Below are positions 35,210 to 49,110 of a DNA stretch of 64,000 bases, one piece after another (positions within the stretch are counted from its first letter, which is position 1; each line of letters starts with the position of its first letter). A program made the position numbers and the translations under genes. The stretch spans positions 1,116,001 to 1,180,000 of the forward strand of contig OZ237748.1 in NCBI GenBank assembly GCA_965178125.1. The letters run 5' to 3'. Origin of the DNA: Bilabrum cf. latius. Its lineage: Eukaryota. The notes beneath the pieces were generated by a model, which was not told the origin of the DNA, did not search any database, and was given only the letters and a program-made list of their open reading frames with translations.

Positions 35210-36230
35210 GAATACTAGTCTTACGACAAATGATAAGACACTGGATTTGCTTTTGCAGAAATTGCATTGAAGCCGTGAGGGAACGTTCGTCAGGCTTCTA
35301 TAGAATATACCCCTCCTCAAAATCTTCCCTACTATGATCACACGTTGTAAAATATGGCGAGCGCTGCCCCTCAGTGCCTGATTAGCAGACGGCTTCATCG
35401 CCGCTCAAGTCTAATAGCGACCTTCCACCTTCCACATCCGCATGTGGTCGGGTGATCCGATCCCATAATCCGAGCCACTCGTCTCACAAACGCCCAAACC
35501 CCCACCTGCCCAGCCTTTGCCTCCCCCTTCCACTCCGCCCGATCAACCTGATGACCCCACCAATCATCTTCTCCTCCACTTCAACCTCCACCCCTTTGGT
35601 GAACTATCGCCCCATCCCCATCTGGTCCGCCCTCAACCCCCATTCGCTCACCCTTCGTCGCCGCCGCTCCTGCTCTTCATCCCTAGCCGCTCTCTCTCGC
35701 TCACTCCTCCGCATCGCTACGTCGCATCTGAGCCTGCACCTCGAGCAAGTCCTGCGCCCACCGCTCCACCTCAATCTCAAATACTGTGCTGGCCTCAACA
35801 ACCAACACGCTGCCATTGGGCGACGGGTTTCCGTAGCGTGCTGCCGGCCAGCCCCAGCCCTCGTGCAGAGCCCCTAGACCAGGACCCATCGCCTGACCCA
35901 GACGTGGATCCAGTGGCCCACTCGCCTAGACCGTCGAGCAGCAGCTGCAGCACCATTCTCCCGCCCCAACTATGCGAGTCTACATCCGCGTCCCCGACCT
36001 GTTCTATGGTACGCGCTACCTATCTATACATCCCCATCCATACCAGATCTGATCCAAATCTCAGAACTCCTTCGGATATCACCGCCCTTCTTTCCCACAT
36101 CCCAGCCCTGTCTGTGCCACTTGTTTCTTCGAATCCACCCACCCTATCCACCATGTATTCTTCATCCCTCCTCTTCGACACTTCATATTCATCTCACGCA
36201 TGTATTGCCTCCAGCGCACAGCCACAGCCC

Positions 36231-38051
36231 TCAACGCCATATACCCAAGTCCGCGCCCTGATCCTTCAGCAACGCCTCGCATTCAACGTGCCCACCCCGT
36301 ACAGCCGCTTCCAAAGCTGTCACACACGTACCAGCATCACCTGAATCACCCGCCAGCAAATAACCCTTCCGATGATGCCCGCCAGCCAGCTTGCCTAATC
36401 GCAGACGCTTGGCCAGTTCCAGAGGCCTCCCCTCGCTCGCTGCTTTAAACACCAGCGCTGCATCCCTGTGCGCTTCCATCCCCTACCGCCAGCCCACCAC
36501 CGCCCATATCCTATCGCGCGGATCTGGAGGTCCTTCCCGTAGTGTCTCACGATCCCCTGTGGCCTTGAGGTGGTCGATGATGAGCCGGAGAAGCCGCTGG
36601 GGGTTGCCACGTGCTGAAGGCAGCAGTGCTAGCACAAAGGAAGGCCTGCGCGGGTAGATTAATCCTTTGAGATTGGCAGGCGCCTCCTGCAGCAAATGCT
36701 CAATAGAAGTCCCATCATCCGATACAAAGTCTAACCTAGCACCGGCTTGCAGAAGGTGCATGAGTCCGCTGATGTCTTTGTAGATCTGGGTCAGGACCAC
36801 CAGAGGCAGGCCAGACTGGGAGGGAACAGGATCGGTGGATTCTAGTGATGGCAAGCATAGTACCAGCATTGCACTCATGGCTCAACTATTCATGGGGTAA
36901 ATACTACTTCCCTACCTTGATTCTCACTTTATCTATCCGGTCCGCCGACATGCCGTGCTTGAGCAACAGCGGTATCTTGCCTCTGAAAATCCATGCAACA
37001 TATGCTTTGGTCTTTTCGGCCACATGGCAGTCTGGATCTGCCCCTCTGGACAGCAAGGTACGCGATATTGCGCCTTTAATTGGCGGTTGACACGATGCAA
37101 ATTCCAGAAAAGGAGTATCGAAGGGATTGTGCTGTGATAGAGCAGGTAGGGAAAGAGGCGCAGCGCACGTGCAACAAAAGCACGTAATCCGTTGTAACTG
37201 ACAAACACAGCGCATGCCATGCGATGCTCTCACGCTGTTGTCCAGTGGAACCCCAGCATCGAGCAGCAATCTGCAAACCTCGAGGGCATCTGTTTTCTTG
37301 CCTAAACAAAGACAGTTTCGGACTATTATGTAAGTCTGCGCTCGAGAAAGATGTTTCGTTCGCCTCGTATACAAAAAAAGTAAAATATCATTCATGTTTA
37401 AACACACCGCAAGCATGAAACAATACTCCCCTAACTCACCCTCTTGCACAGGTTAAGCCCGTGACGGATTTGCAGCGCCACGCCCACCGCTCGGCCCATG
37501 CTGTACATCTCCTGCGGTCTCGCACATGATTGAGCTACTAGATCGGAGTTGTTGCATTCTCAACATTCAATTGCACAAACATATGCTTTGAACTCTCACC
37601 GGTGGGATCCCCCAGCTGTACAGCAGGCCAAGCACCGATTCAAAGACAGAATCTTCGGCATCACTTAGCCAGGCTTCCATGCTCTGTCTCACAGCCTGCT
37701 TGCAGATAGAATGCAATCCAAAGCAGGATACCAGCGTGCAGAGCTACAGAATCAAATGCAAGGATACTCTTGCGATTCGGATTCACCTAGTGCGTGAAGT
37801 CAACTCCTGCCTCTCGGCAGACTTCCCAGTATGAAAGAGGCAGGTATTTGCCACACAAAAACTTAATTGTGAACTGCGGTAAAGTGATGGAGACCAATGG
37901 ATGCTAGGAATATCAGGACACAGCAGAAAGGTACTGAATGAATGCAATGGCATCTCACTGGAGCGTATTGCAGCAGTTCATCTAGTTTGTCTCTGTGATG
38001 GCTAACAACCTCATCAAAGCCTTTCGCATTGAGAAGATCCACCAACTCCAT
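36231..38051 (-). CDS. Ankyrin-repeat-like protein, paralog C
   Basis: Colinear with paralog A, including ~0.9 kb of downstream flank (35430-36230 vs 24280-25080). Confidence 0.65.
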
Positions 38052-38709
38052 GAATACTGGTGTAACAACAACAAATAAGTCACTGGATTTGGTTTTTCAG
38101 TCAGGGAACGTTCGCTAGGCTTCCATGGACCATGAGAATTCTGGAGTTGTACGCAACACCCAGAAGAACTGGTGAGCGCTGCTCTTCAGCGCCCGAATAG
38201 CACGCGGCTTGATTGCGGCTCAAGTTTAATTGTGACCTCTCAACTTGCACACATCCGCATGTGGTCGGGTGATCCGATCCCTTGATCCGATTCACTCGTC
38301 ACACATATGCATAATTCCCCAACTGCCCGGCCTGTGCCTCCCACTTGTCATCCGCCGTATAAACCCGATCGTCCCAACAATCATCTTGTCCTCCTCTACT
38401 TCCTCAACCCCCTTCGGTGAACCGTCGCCCCTCTCCCTCTGGTCCGCCCTCACCTCCACCCCCATTCCCTTCGCCCACCCCTCGTTGCCGCCGCTCCTGC
38501 ACCTCCTCCTCACGAGCCGTTCTCTCTCTTCCCCTTTGCATCGCTGCTTTGCATCTGGACCTGCACCTCGCGCGAGTCCTGCGACCACCGCTCCACCTCA
38601 ATCTCAAAGACCTTGCCTGCCTCAACAACATATATGTACCCCACTTCAAAGTCTTCCCTATTTAGACTGGATAAAATTAAGGAAACATAAAATTCAGCGA
38701 GACATCCTT

Positions 38710-39314
38710 ATGATCCCACCTCCCTCTTGGCCCTCCTCAGCGCCTGCACCACCCTCTCAAGGCTCCTCACAGACCCTCCCCGCCTCATGATCCCACCTCC
38801 CTCTTGGCCCTCCTCAGCGCCTGCACCACCCTCTCAAGGCTCCTCACAGACCATCCCCGCCTCATGATCCCACCTCCCTCTTGGCCCTCCTCAGCGCCTG
38901 CATCACCCTCTCAAGGCTCCTCACAAACCATCCCCGCCTCATGATCCCACTTTCCTCTTGGCCCTCCTCAGCGCCTGCACCACCCTCTCAAGGCTCCTCA
39001 CAGATCATCCCCGCCTCATGATCCCACCTCCCTCTTGGCCCTCCTCAGCGCCTGCACCACCCTCTCAAGGCTCCTCACAGACCATCCCCGCCTCATGATC
39101 CCACCTCCCTCTTGGCCCTCCTCAGCGCCTGCACCACCCTCTCAAGGCTTCTCACAGACCATCCCCGCCTCATGATCCCACCTCCCTCTTGGCCCTCCTC
39201 AGCGCCTGCACCACCCTCTCAAGGCTTCTCACAGACCATCCCCGCCTCATGATCCCACCTCCCTCTTGGCCCTCCTCAGCGCCTGCACCACCCTCTCAAG
39301 GCTCCTCACAGACC
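38710..39314. repeat. 77-bp minisatellite, ~8 copies (two more at ~27086-27228)
   Basis: Unit ATGATCCCACCTCCCTCTTGG...CCCCGCCTC at 77-bp spacing. Confidence 0.92.
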
Positions 39315-41800
39315 CGCTTGCCATGCTTCCAGTCATTGAATTGGACTCGCTGCTCTGCTTTACCTGTTCCGTGCGTTGCCATCGAGAAATGGATTTCCCC
39401 ACCTGCATCGGCCCTGGCACCAGCACCGAATCGCCGTCCTGCCCATCTGCCAGCTCGATTTGCAGCTCACCCGGGGTCCCGCTGCCTTGCCAGTCAAATG
39501 TGCGTGATATTTGGTGCCTGCCACGTCTCCTGACTGTTTCGTCTCTCCTGGCCTTGTGCCTCCGCCCCTTCCCCTGCAGCAGAGAAGACAGCGTGCTGCG
39601 GGCTGTTCCAGGCCCCTGCGCTGTGCCTCCGGGCCAGGATCCATCTCCAGATCCAGATCCAGAGTTTGATCCAGGCCCTGGCTCGGCATAACCGTCGAGG
39701 TGCAGCTGAAGCATGTAACTCCCGCCCCTGCTTTTCGATTCCGAGTCAGCGCCCCCACCAAGGTCGATTGGACCCACCACGCTGCCGCCACCGGGGCTAG
39801 AAGCAGAGCTACGAGAGAACAGTCGCCGCAGGATGGACAGGTAGGTGCTGCCTGTGTGACGAGTGCCACCGGACGTTTCTCCCGTTGATGGGGCCATTCG
39901 TTTGCTGACGACAGAGAACCACGAGCTGGACCCTTGCCCTGATCTAGACAATGAACCAGACCCAGACCCAGACCCAGACCCTAGTGCATGGTCTGCCACA
40001 GGCACAAGCACAGCCCCTCTCTCCCTCTGCCACGACATCGGGGTGGTGGTTTTGCGGGAGGTGCCATGACCAACTTCGATGCGTGGGTGAAGGGCTCTAT
40101 CCAACGCACGGACTTCACCTGCTAGCTCACCTTGCTCCCACCCACGAACACTCGCTGTGGATCCAGTTGCGGAGGGGATGCCCAGCTGCTGAGCCAGTTG
40201 CAAGGCCACTGGAAACTCGCACTGCGGAATCGCAATCACGTTCGAGGAGGAACGGGTGCAGTGCACTGACGCGATGGAGGCCGGAAACCGGCGCATCCTT
40301 TGCACGGCCGCACCCCGAATAGATCTATGGATCTCTTGGATATCGTGTGACGAGTGCTGCGCCTGGATTCTGCCCTGGTCCTACGAGAGTGGGGCGCTTC
40401 CTGCGGAACCGTGCGCGGTGCCCAATCCACCGGTGGATCCCATCACGCGCACGTCGTCCTCGCGCCCCTCCAACGTCGCCCCGCTGTCGTGCTGGCTGGC
40501 ACCGGGACCTGCATCCATACCCACACCAAAGCTAGATCCAGCGACCAAGGGTGCCCGTAGGCTTGGTTGCTCGCGCGTGTTAGTGCTTGGACCCGTGTCT
40601 GCACCACTAGTTGCTTTCGTGGTGCACTGGTTTACATCCGAGAATGATGACGGGGACGATGGAGATGGATCCTGGTCGTTGTGCTGGTACCACGCACGGC
40701 TGTAGGCTTCCCACACGCGGGTTCGATTCCGGTAGAAGATCCCAGGACCGCTTCTGGACCGCTTGTCTAGCCAAGCCAGAGGGTCAGCACTAGGTGCTGG
40801 CTGCACTGAAGCTGCTGCACTGTCATGCGGTGCACCCATGGCCAGTCCCTCGCCCCACAGGCTGACTCGGGGGCTCTTGGTCCCGGATGCCTCCAGCCCG
40901 ATATCGTTGCTGTCATTTTCGTTCTCCTGCTCCTACCGTGACCCGCCCTCGCATGGCTCCTCATGCAGCGGTGGTTCTCGGTCCCCTGCAGGCAGCGCCC
41001 CCACTCTGCCCATCACGACAGACGGCTGCAGCGGCATGCGATGCACCCGCTCTCGAGCAATGTCACTCGTCACACCCCTCCACACGTCGGGCGCCGGAGG
41101 CAGGAACAGCCCCACGCTCCATCCGGGCCGCATGTCCGCCTCGCCCTGACCATGGGTCAGATCCACCAGTGGAGCGCCTTTGGCCATGTATTTGCCCATC
41201 TCAGGCATGTACAGAGGCGTGCTGGCGTGTGACTCGAGCTCTGCCCGGAGGTTCCGCACTTTGATCGCGCGGCGCCTCCTCCCCTCCCAAGGGTCCCGCG
41301 AGTCGGTTGCAACCGGCGCGCTCACCCACCTGCCCCTGCCCTCCCACGAAGCAGGCCCACCTAGCTCAGAGTGGTGCTCCATGAAACGAAGGTAACGAGC
41401 CAGGCCATGCAGGCCTGTATCCCACTGGGCGGCAGGTAGTCGGAGGAGACCGTCCTCTTTCCGTTGCCTTCCCGCGCCCAATGACGGGGTAGTTGGAGGT
41501 GATAGTGATGGTGATGGTGATGAGGATGAGGATGGGGATGGGGATATTGCCCGGGTCCCATCATTGTCCACATCATCATCATCATCGTCGTCGTCGTGGG
41601 AGTGGGGATGGTCAAAGTCAGAATTTTCATCCTGACCATCCCTGCACCGGCCCAGCCACTTCCCCTCACCATGCCCCTACATCGAGACGCCCTCACTTGT
41701 CATCTCCTTCCCCTCACCATGCCCCTACATCGAGACACCCTCACTTGTCATCTCCTTCCCCTCACCATGCCCCTACATCGAGACACCCTCACTCGTCATC
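39247..41800 (-). CDS. Long low-complexity hypothetical protein (ends uncertain)
   Basis: Track ORFs 40933, 40381 and 39247 share a frame separated by TAG only. The 48-bp repeat at ~41660-41800 is open in this frame if TAG is sense. Confidence 0.45.
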
Positions 41801-43278
41801 TCCCGGATGGGCGACAGGAGGCCGACGGGGTGGTGTCTCTACCCTGTGTTCCCCCATCCAATGTGACGAGTGGGCGGCTATTCCCCCCCAACAGCTGGCA
41901 ACTGGGGCTGGGGCTGTGCGTGTGCATGCAAAGGCACTGGCAGTGGCAGATGATCGTCATCATGTAGAGGCTGTGATGAGGGGCCGTTGCTCGCCCCAGT
42001 CCTCGTCCTGATGTCTGTGCGATCCACGCATCTCCCGCATCTCGTGAACTTGCTAGAATACTACTAGTCTCTATGATTTCCGGGTGGACCGCGCTCGTTC
42101 GATCCGTTGCTGCCATGCCTGCCGCCTCGCTATTCTCTTAGCGCTGGCTGGGCCTCCTCCACCTGGCACAATGCCTCTTGTCGCTGCTAGCACAAATCGA
42201 TTTAGGATAGCTGAGTTCAAATATGATAAATCATGCTGCAACGAAGCGCAAATGCTGAGGATTGCATCAGCTGCGTCGATGATGTCGGCTGTGTCCCACT
42301 GCAACTGGCGGAGATGCATCGAAAACAAAGGGATTTTGATCTCACAGCGCTCGATTCTAGCTCAATCGAATATCCAGCATACTCACCTGCGTGCGTTTGG
42401 AACCGATTGTGCGTTTGTGCATGTTGGAGGGACAGGCACAGCAGCGATACGCCACGAGCACACTCGAAGCCAGCTTGTTTCCAGCAATGGAAATCCGTCG
42501 ATACCGCTGAAGGGTATAGTTCCTTGCATAGAGTCACAATATATCGTTAGCTCCCATGCGTGGGCTCGTCGCTGTGTTTGGCTAGTCCCGTCACGCACCA
42601 GGTGGCCATTTGGTCGCAATGCGCTTCCTATCGCGCACGTTGAGCAGTCGATACCGCAAAATATCAAACCAAAATGCAAGCTTCCTAATAAATGCATGCT
42701 GTCTTACTCCATCGTTCTACTTTTGCCCTCCTGGACAGCTCGATCGGTGCTTCTTGCCCGCCGTTCTGCGAGCAGCTGGTCGCGCCACGGGTCGTGCCGG
42801 CAGCTGCCGTCCGTCGGTTTCGGAGCTCGCCGCCGCTGCCGCCGTCAAAAGATGCTTCCGGGGGAGCCACGGCGCCAGTGCTGCTGAGTGACAGGCAGTT
42901 TCCCATACTTGTTTCTTCTGTAGACTATTACGATTCGGACAGGCAAGCTTTCTCCGATGAAATGGCCCAAGAGTTGTGAATGCCTCGGTTTGCTTGCTGA
43001 TGGGATGCAGCGTCATCGTCATCACACCAGTGAGAGCACCAATTCGGAGCGGCAAATACTCCGTCAGTGTGCTCATATGCACCAGAACTGGACTCTGTAG
43101 CTAAAAACACCGTGACTTCATGCTGCCGGACAAAGCAAGCAGGGAGGCAGGAAAGGGCCCCTAGCCCGAAGCGACCAAATGGTATTTGAGTCATGAGTTT
43201 TGACGCCTGCGACGATTGTTGCGCGATAGTATTCTGCGAATTTACCTTGTTCATTCCCAGTCGATGTCCTTACCCACT

Positions 43279-45982
43279 TCACCTGCCCGCCTGCCCCTTC
43301 CTGAAGCTCACCAGCGCCGGCCCATTCGCAGCCGCGGCCGCCCACTCCCCCGTCACACCCGGGCACGCCGCCTCCGCTGCCTCCTCCGCCGCTGTCCCCT
43401 CCACGGGGGCGCCCCGCACCAGCGCACTCGTCACACTCAGGGCGTCCTCCAGCGCGGAACCCAGACCAGAGGCACCAAACGCACTCGTCACACCTCCCCC
43501 GTCCTCGGCGAACACCTCGCACGCGAAATCGACCGCCGCCGCCGCCAGACGCGCCCCCCTGGCCCAGGCGGCCCCAACGGCGGCTGACCCGGTGGGGCCA
43601 CTCGTCACACCTGCAGAGGCGGTGGCAGGCAGGATGGCCAGCTCCTTGGCTGCCCCGAGGCACGCGGCCGCCGCGCGCCCCGCCTCCAGGAGCACCTCGC
43701 CCTCCTTCGAGCACTCGTCACACCCCGCCAGCGCGCTCCCCGCCGCCGCCAGCAGCCGATGGGCCACCGGGTCATCAGGCCCCCCCTTCTTAAGGAGGGA
43801 CAGCAGCGCCCTGCCCGCTCCCAGCCTCCAGGCCCCCGGTGCCCCCCTCCCTCCGTCCCCCAGCAGCCCGGCGCAGTCCACGGCCCCCCGCAGCAAGGGC
43901 CCCTTGCCCTCCCCCGCCAGCCGGAGGAGTCCCTGCACCGCCTCGCAGCACCCCCGCAGCTGCGCGGGGGACGGGGGGGGGCAAGCGGCCCCGCCTGCAG
44001 AGGATGCTGCTCCCGAGGACGCGCTGCCTCTGCCGCCAGAGCCCCAGCCCCAGCCCCAGCCACCTCCCCGCAGCAGTCCAGCCGCCAGCTGAGCAGCCGC
44101 ATCCGCTGGCCGCAGCAGAAGCCCGCGCACCTCGCCCGCCGCACCACTCGTCACACCCCTGGGCATGGCCGCGCCGGCTCTCTCGGTGAGTCGCAGGGCC
44201 GTCCGCAGCAGAGAGCCGGCGCGACCCACCGGGCCCGGGGCACCGGTTGCAACCGCCCGAGCCACTGCCACAAGCGCCTCCCCCGGCCCTGCACCCGATT
44301 CCTCCCCACCTTCAGCTGCATCTTCCTCTTCTTCTTCATCGCTGCCGGTCGCCAGGCCCCATGCCCTGCACACCGCCCCCGCCGCCCCCAGCAGCAAACA
44401 CACGGGCACGGCCCCCAGGGACTCGGCCCTCGCGCTGGCCAGCTCCCGATGGGCCCTGGCCGAGGACTGCGCCGACTGGCCCACCACGGCGCCCAGGCCC
44501 TCCTCCTCCTCGTCCTCCACACTCGTCACACCCCCACTCGCCGCCCCTGCAGCACCCGTCCCCGCCCCCTTGCCGCCCCCCGCTGCCCCCGACTCCCTCT
44601 CCCTCGAGGCGGCAGCGGCCGCCTGCACCTCCCCCTCTCTGGCGCCCGCTCTGACAGCCGCCTCGGCGCCGGACAGAGCCGAGCCCCCGCTCGCGGCCCA
44701 CCCCAGCAGACCCCCCGCCTCACTCGTCACACCCCCACCGGCCCCCACCGCGGCCCTCCCCGCCGCCTCCCCCGCCTCCTTGGGCGCCCCAGGGGCACAG
44801 GCCAGCCGCACCAGGGCGGCGGCGGCGGCGGCGCGACCAGCGGGGTGCACGCAGCCGGTTGCAACCGCTTTGCCACCGCCTGCAGACCCGGCGGTCCCTC
44901 CCTCGGTTGCAACCGCCAGCAGCGCCCCTCGGAGGCCCCCCTGCCTGGCCAAACCCGCGGCGCCCTCCACCCCGTCACCCGCCGCAGCAGCCACCTCCAG
45001 CGCCAGACGGGCCGCCCCGCAGTGCAGTGCACCCGCGCTCCAGTCCCCCGTGGCCTCCGCCAGCGCCCTGGTCCTCGACACGGCGGGCTGCACCCATGAG
45101 GGCAGGCGGGGAGGGGAGGGGGGGCCCGAGGCAGCTCCCGCTCCTGCTCCCGCTCCTGCTCCTGCTCCTGCTCCCTGTCCTGGCGGTGCACCTGTGCCTG
45201 CGGGAGGACTGGGGGGGAAGGCGGGTCTGCCCTCGGCCAGGGCCGCGCAATCCACCGGTGGAGCGGGCTGTTCCCTGGACCACGCCTTGGCCAGAGCATC
45301 CATGCCCCCGGCACTGGAATCGCTCCCACTGCCCCCCCCCCTTGCTGGATAAAGCAGCAGCAGCAGCCCCGTCCTCACCCTCACCCTCACCCGCCCTTGG
45401 GCAGTCCCCTCTGTGGGCGAGGGCGGTCCGCATCACGTCCACCAGCTCCCCCTTTGCACCGCCATGCGATGCACCCCCCTCCTCCAGCGCCATTGCCGCC
45501 CTGCCCACAGCCCCCGCGCTGGTGGACGCCAGAGCCCCAGCCGCGCTCAGGGCCTGGGCCAGACCCCTCACCCGAGTGGGGTCAGCCCCACCACCGTGAA
45601 TGGCACGGGCCTGGCGGATGCAAGTATCCATCAGCTGCACCGCGCTCTCGTCGTCCCCCGCCAAAGCGCCCGTGCTGGCAGCCGCACGGACGGCCTGAAA
45701 GGCTGCGACCGTCGTCTCGAAGCTACTGCTCAGGATGGCAGAGCACAAGGCGCGAGCTCCGCCGGCGCGGAAAAACATGGTACCCGTGCTTGTTCCTTTG
45801 CTGGATTGCAGTGCCTCGCAGGTTCGAAGGCACGCGGCCAGCTGCTGCTGCGGATCGGCAGCATCCAATCCGGCGGCAAAGTCTGGAAGCGGTACGCTCG
45901 GGCCTCCTCTGCGCGCAGACCCGTTTCCCCCTGAAGCCTAGCCTCCATGCTTTCGATTTCTTCTACCCCGCGACTTCGGCAT
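43279..45982 (-). CDS. HEAT/ARM-repeat protein, HEATR3/Syo1-like
   Basis: Basic N-terminus MPKSRGRRNRK (ATG 45980-45982, TAG at 45938), then ARM-like L.AADP.QQLAACL and C-terminal AVDFACEVFAED. One apparent frameshift in the G homopolymer near 45332-45341. Ends at TGA. Family assignment is by eye. Confidence 0.6.
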
Positions 45983-46561
45983 GCCAATCGACTCAAGAAA
46001 CACCTGGTAAAGTGGATAGTTGCAGCTAGCGAGCATGAGTTCCTCGTTTGTTGCGTGCTACCACTGCTGGAATCCGATATACTGCAAGTGATTTTCGCTG
46101 GAACGTCACAGCATACAGCGAAACGAAGCTTCCCTCTAGTTGCATTATCAGTTACATAGTGCTTAATTCAGCATGGCAATGTCCGCTGCATTGATCGCCA
46201 GACCATCCAGGAAAGGCTTGGATGGTGTGGAGGCGGAGCGCGATCCGGAAGCGACTGGGCGATTCGTCCTACCATCTGTTGCTGACGTGAGTTAGGGGTT
46301 TCGATTGGACAATAATATCTTGAGGTGTGCGTGCTGGCGCTTAAAGGTCCCATGCAGCCCAGTGGCGATCGCTCTAACAGGGCCAGGTCCATCTTTTGGC
46401 TGGCGTGCTCGTCTTGGCGCATATGCTATTCTAGACAATATTGCCTGTATAAGAGCTTGGAATTCAATCGAATGAATCATAAAAGTGGTCTAGAGTCCGC
46501 TTCGTGCCAGGGAAAACCTCTATTTCGGATTGTAGTTTAATGCTAGTTCTACCATTCGAAC

Positions 46562-47545
46562 GTGGCAGTACAAGGCGAGACGCAAACTGCTGCCCACAGC
46601 ACCCAAGCACAAGGATCCTTGCATTGCATTCATGTTGGCTGTCGTGCGGACCATGTCAATCGAGGCCCCACGCCACTGCCTCCCCATGCCCAGCCCCCAC
46701 TCACCCGCTCGCTGCCTCTTTCTCTCCTCCTTTCCTCCCCTTCGCCCCTGCAGCCCGCGCTGTACGTCAAGACGCACCTGCACGCGCGATACGACACAGA
46801 GGGCCTAGATGAGCGACTCCGGTTCGCGAAAGGGACCACCACTCTCGGGTTCAAGTACCAGGGGGGGGTCATCATCTCGGTGGACTCGAGGAGCACGCAG
46901 GGACCCTACGTGGCCAGCGGGAGCGTCAAGAAGGTCATCGAGATCAACCCACACCTGCTGGGGACCATGGCGGGAGGTGCCGCAGACTGCGCCTTCTGGG
47001 AGCGGAACCTGGGGAGGCAGTGCAGGCTGCACCAGCTGAGGGAGGGCAGGCGCATCACGGTGGCAGCGGCCTCCAAGCTGCTTGCCAACACGCTGGCGTC
47101 GTACAGGGGGTATGGCCTGAGCGTGGGCACCATGGTGGCGGGGTGGGACGAGGGGCCCAAGGGGAAGGCCCAGCTGTACTACGTGGACAACGACGGGCTC
47201 CGGTTCCAGGCCAAGGACACGATGCCCTACTTCTCGGTGGGGTCAGGGTCCACCTTCGCGTACGGTGTTTTGGATTCCGGATACAAGTGGGACATGACGG
47301 ACGAGGAGGCTGTGGAGCTGGGCCAGCGCGCGATCTACCACGCGACCCACCGGGACGCCTACTCTGGAGGCTTCAACAACGTGTACCACGTGAGGCAGGA
47401 GGGCTGGAAGCAGGTCAAGCACCAGGACGTCTTCGAGCTGCACGACATGTTCGGGGTGGATGCGCGGGTCAAGGAGGCGGAGGCGAGGGGGGAGGGCGGG
47501 AGCGGGGCTGCTGCGGGGGGGGCTGCCAGCGGGGCGGGGCAGTGA
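46562..47545 (+). CDS. PSMB5: 20S proteasome subunit beta type-5 (true start/first exon unresolved)
   Basis: KG/TTTL with catalytic Thr at 46835, [37 protein letters not shown]. Probable splice acceptor near 46753. Ends at TGA. Confidence 0.96.
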   Translation: MAVQGETQTAAHSTQAQGSLHCIHVGCRADHVNRGPTPLPPHAQPPLTRSLPLSLLLSSPSPLQPALYVKTHLHARYDTEGLDERLRFAKGTTTLGFKYQGGVIISVDSRSTQGPYVASGSVKKVIEINPHLLGTMAGGAADCAFWERNLGRQCRLHQLREGRRITVAAASKLLANTLASYRGYGLSVGTMVAGWDEGPKGKAQLYYVDNDGLRFQAKDTMPYFSVGSGSTFAYGVLDSGYKWDMTDEEAVELGQRAIYHATHRDAYSGGFNNVYHVRQEGWKQVKHQDVFELHDMFGVDARVKEAEARGEGGSGAAAGGAASGAGQ

Positions 47546-47721
47546 GCGGATCTGTGGGGGGAGGGCGTGCGGGCGTGCGGGCGATTGGGCGATTGGGAGG
47601 TGTGGTGCAATTGTACCCGGAGCTATGGTGGGTGCATTGCATTGCCTGCGAATACATGGCTGGTGTAGACTCTAATGCCACTGAATATGTATCCAATACT
47701 GAATGCACCCACTGCATCTCG

Positions 47722-48066
47722 CACCATTCACAGCTCCCCGCTCACCAGTGCCTCACGCAGAGCAGTGCACGCAGCGCCCACCATTCACAGCTCCCCGCTC
47801 GCCAGTGCCTCACGCAGAGCAGTGCACGCAGCGCCCACCATTCACAGCTCCCCGCTCGCCAGTGCCTCACGCAGAGCAGTGCACGCAGCGCCCACCATTC
47901 ACAGCTCCCCGCTCGCCAGTGCCTCACGCAGAGCAGTGCACGCAGCGCCCACCATTCACAGCTCCCCGCTCGCCAGTGCCTCACGCAGAGCAGTGCACGC
48001 AGCGCCCACCATTCACAGCTCCCCGCTCGCCAGTGCCTCACGCAGAGCAGTGCACGCAGCGCCCAC
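47722..48066. repeat. 57-bp minisatellite, 6 copies
   Basis: Unit CACCATTCACAGCTCCCCGCTCGCCAGTGCC...GCAGCGCC. Confidence 0.93.
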
Positions 48067-49110
48067 CACGGCGCCGGCCCCCAGCTTGCCCAGCGGCGGC
48101 GCACTCGTCACACCCCCCCCACCCCCGCCAGCAGGCAGATCCACCGTCACCCACACAGAGCCCACGACAGCCCCCCTCTCCCCTTGAGGCCCCCCTGCTG
48201 TTCTCTTGTCCCCACCAATCGCATCGGTGCCTCCAGCAGCACCTGCTCCAACGCTCGCACCCGCCCCACCGGGGTCTGCCGGTGATGCCCCCGAGTCCGT
48301 TCTGGACAACCTCACCGGTGCCCCGATGAGCTTGGTTGCAACCGATGCCTCCAGCCGCCTCACGTCCTCCTCCTCGATCGAGTCGCCCTCGGAGATGGAG
48401 CCCATCGCCGTGCGGGCCGTGGATGCGCTGGCCGAGCCACTGCTGGAACTGGGCTCAGAGGATGACGCACTTCCACTCCGGGGCAGATCAAGCACTCTCG
48501 CCACGGTGGGCGGCTTGGTCCGTGACATTTTTGAGCTCTGTGCCTGCCGCCGCGCTCCGGCGCAAACCGAGACGGTCGAGATGCACGCCCCGGAGTTTCG
48601 CGTGCCGATCCACACCAAAAGCTGGCACTTGCTCGAAGCAGCAGTCGCCTTGGGTGTATCAGATGAAGTACAGCTTCGTAACACCTATGCGCGTGCAATC
48701 CAAGTCACAGGAGGCATAGAAGGAGCCAGAGAGCCTTCAACCTCAGGAACCTCTACATCTCCTGTTCGTGTCAAAACTTGCATGGAAACCAGCAAATGAT
48801 AATAAATAATATAGTTTAGAATAAAAGAGGAACCGACCCGAGCTTTACCAAGCTCATGGAAGAAGCTCTATGGAATATGTGATTAGCACGTTACATTGAT
48901 CCGTGCCGAAGCTTCCACAAACCCGAATTAAAAGCATATCCCGAGTTTCTGTGAGGCGCAGGTCGATGATGGCTGTCTGCTGGTCATAACTTGAATGTTC
49001 ATGATTGTCTACATCTAAAATACTGGACTGCCTCACAAGTTTACAACTGATACCCTTTCTGTCCACTTCTGCTTTATTGGTCACTTGAAATCCGCAGGCA
49101 GACTGCAATT

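Noticed and set aside
38785-38793. TCATGATCC in the 77-bp minisatellite matching the Ngaro B/A junction
   Set aside because: Only 9 bp with no further similarity and no insertion at these sites; likely coincidence.
45330-45342. Programmed frameshift in the HEAT-repeat gene
   Set aside because: Falls in a long G homopolymer; a sequencing indel is the simpler explanation.
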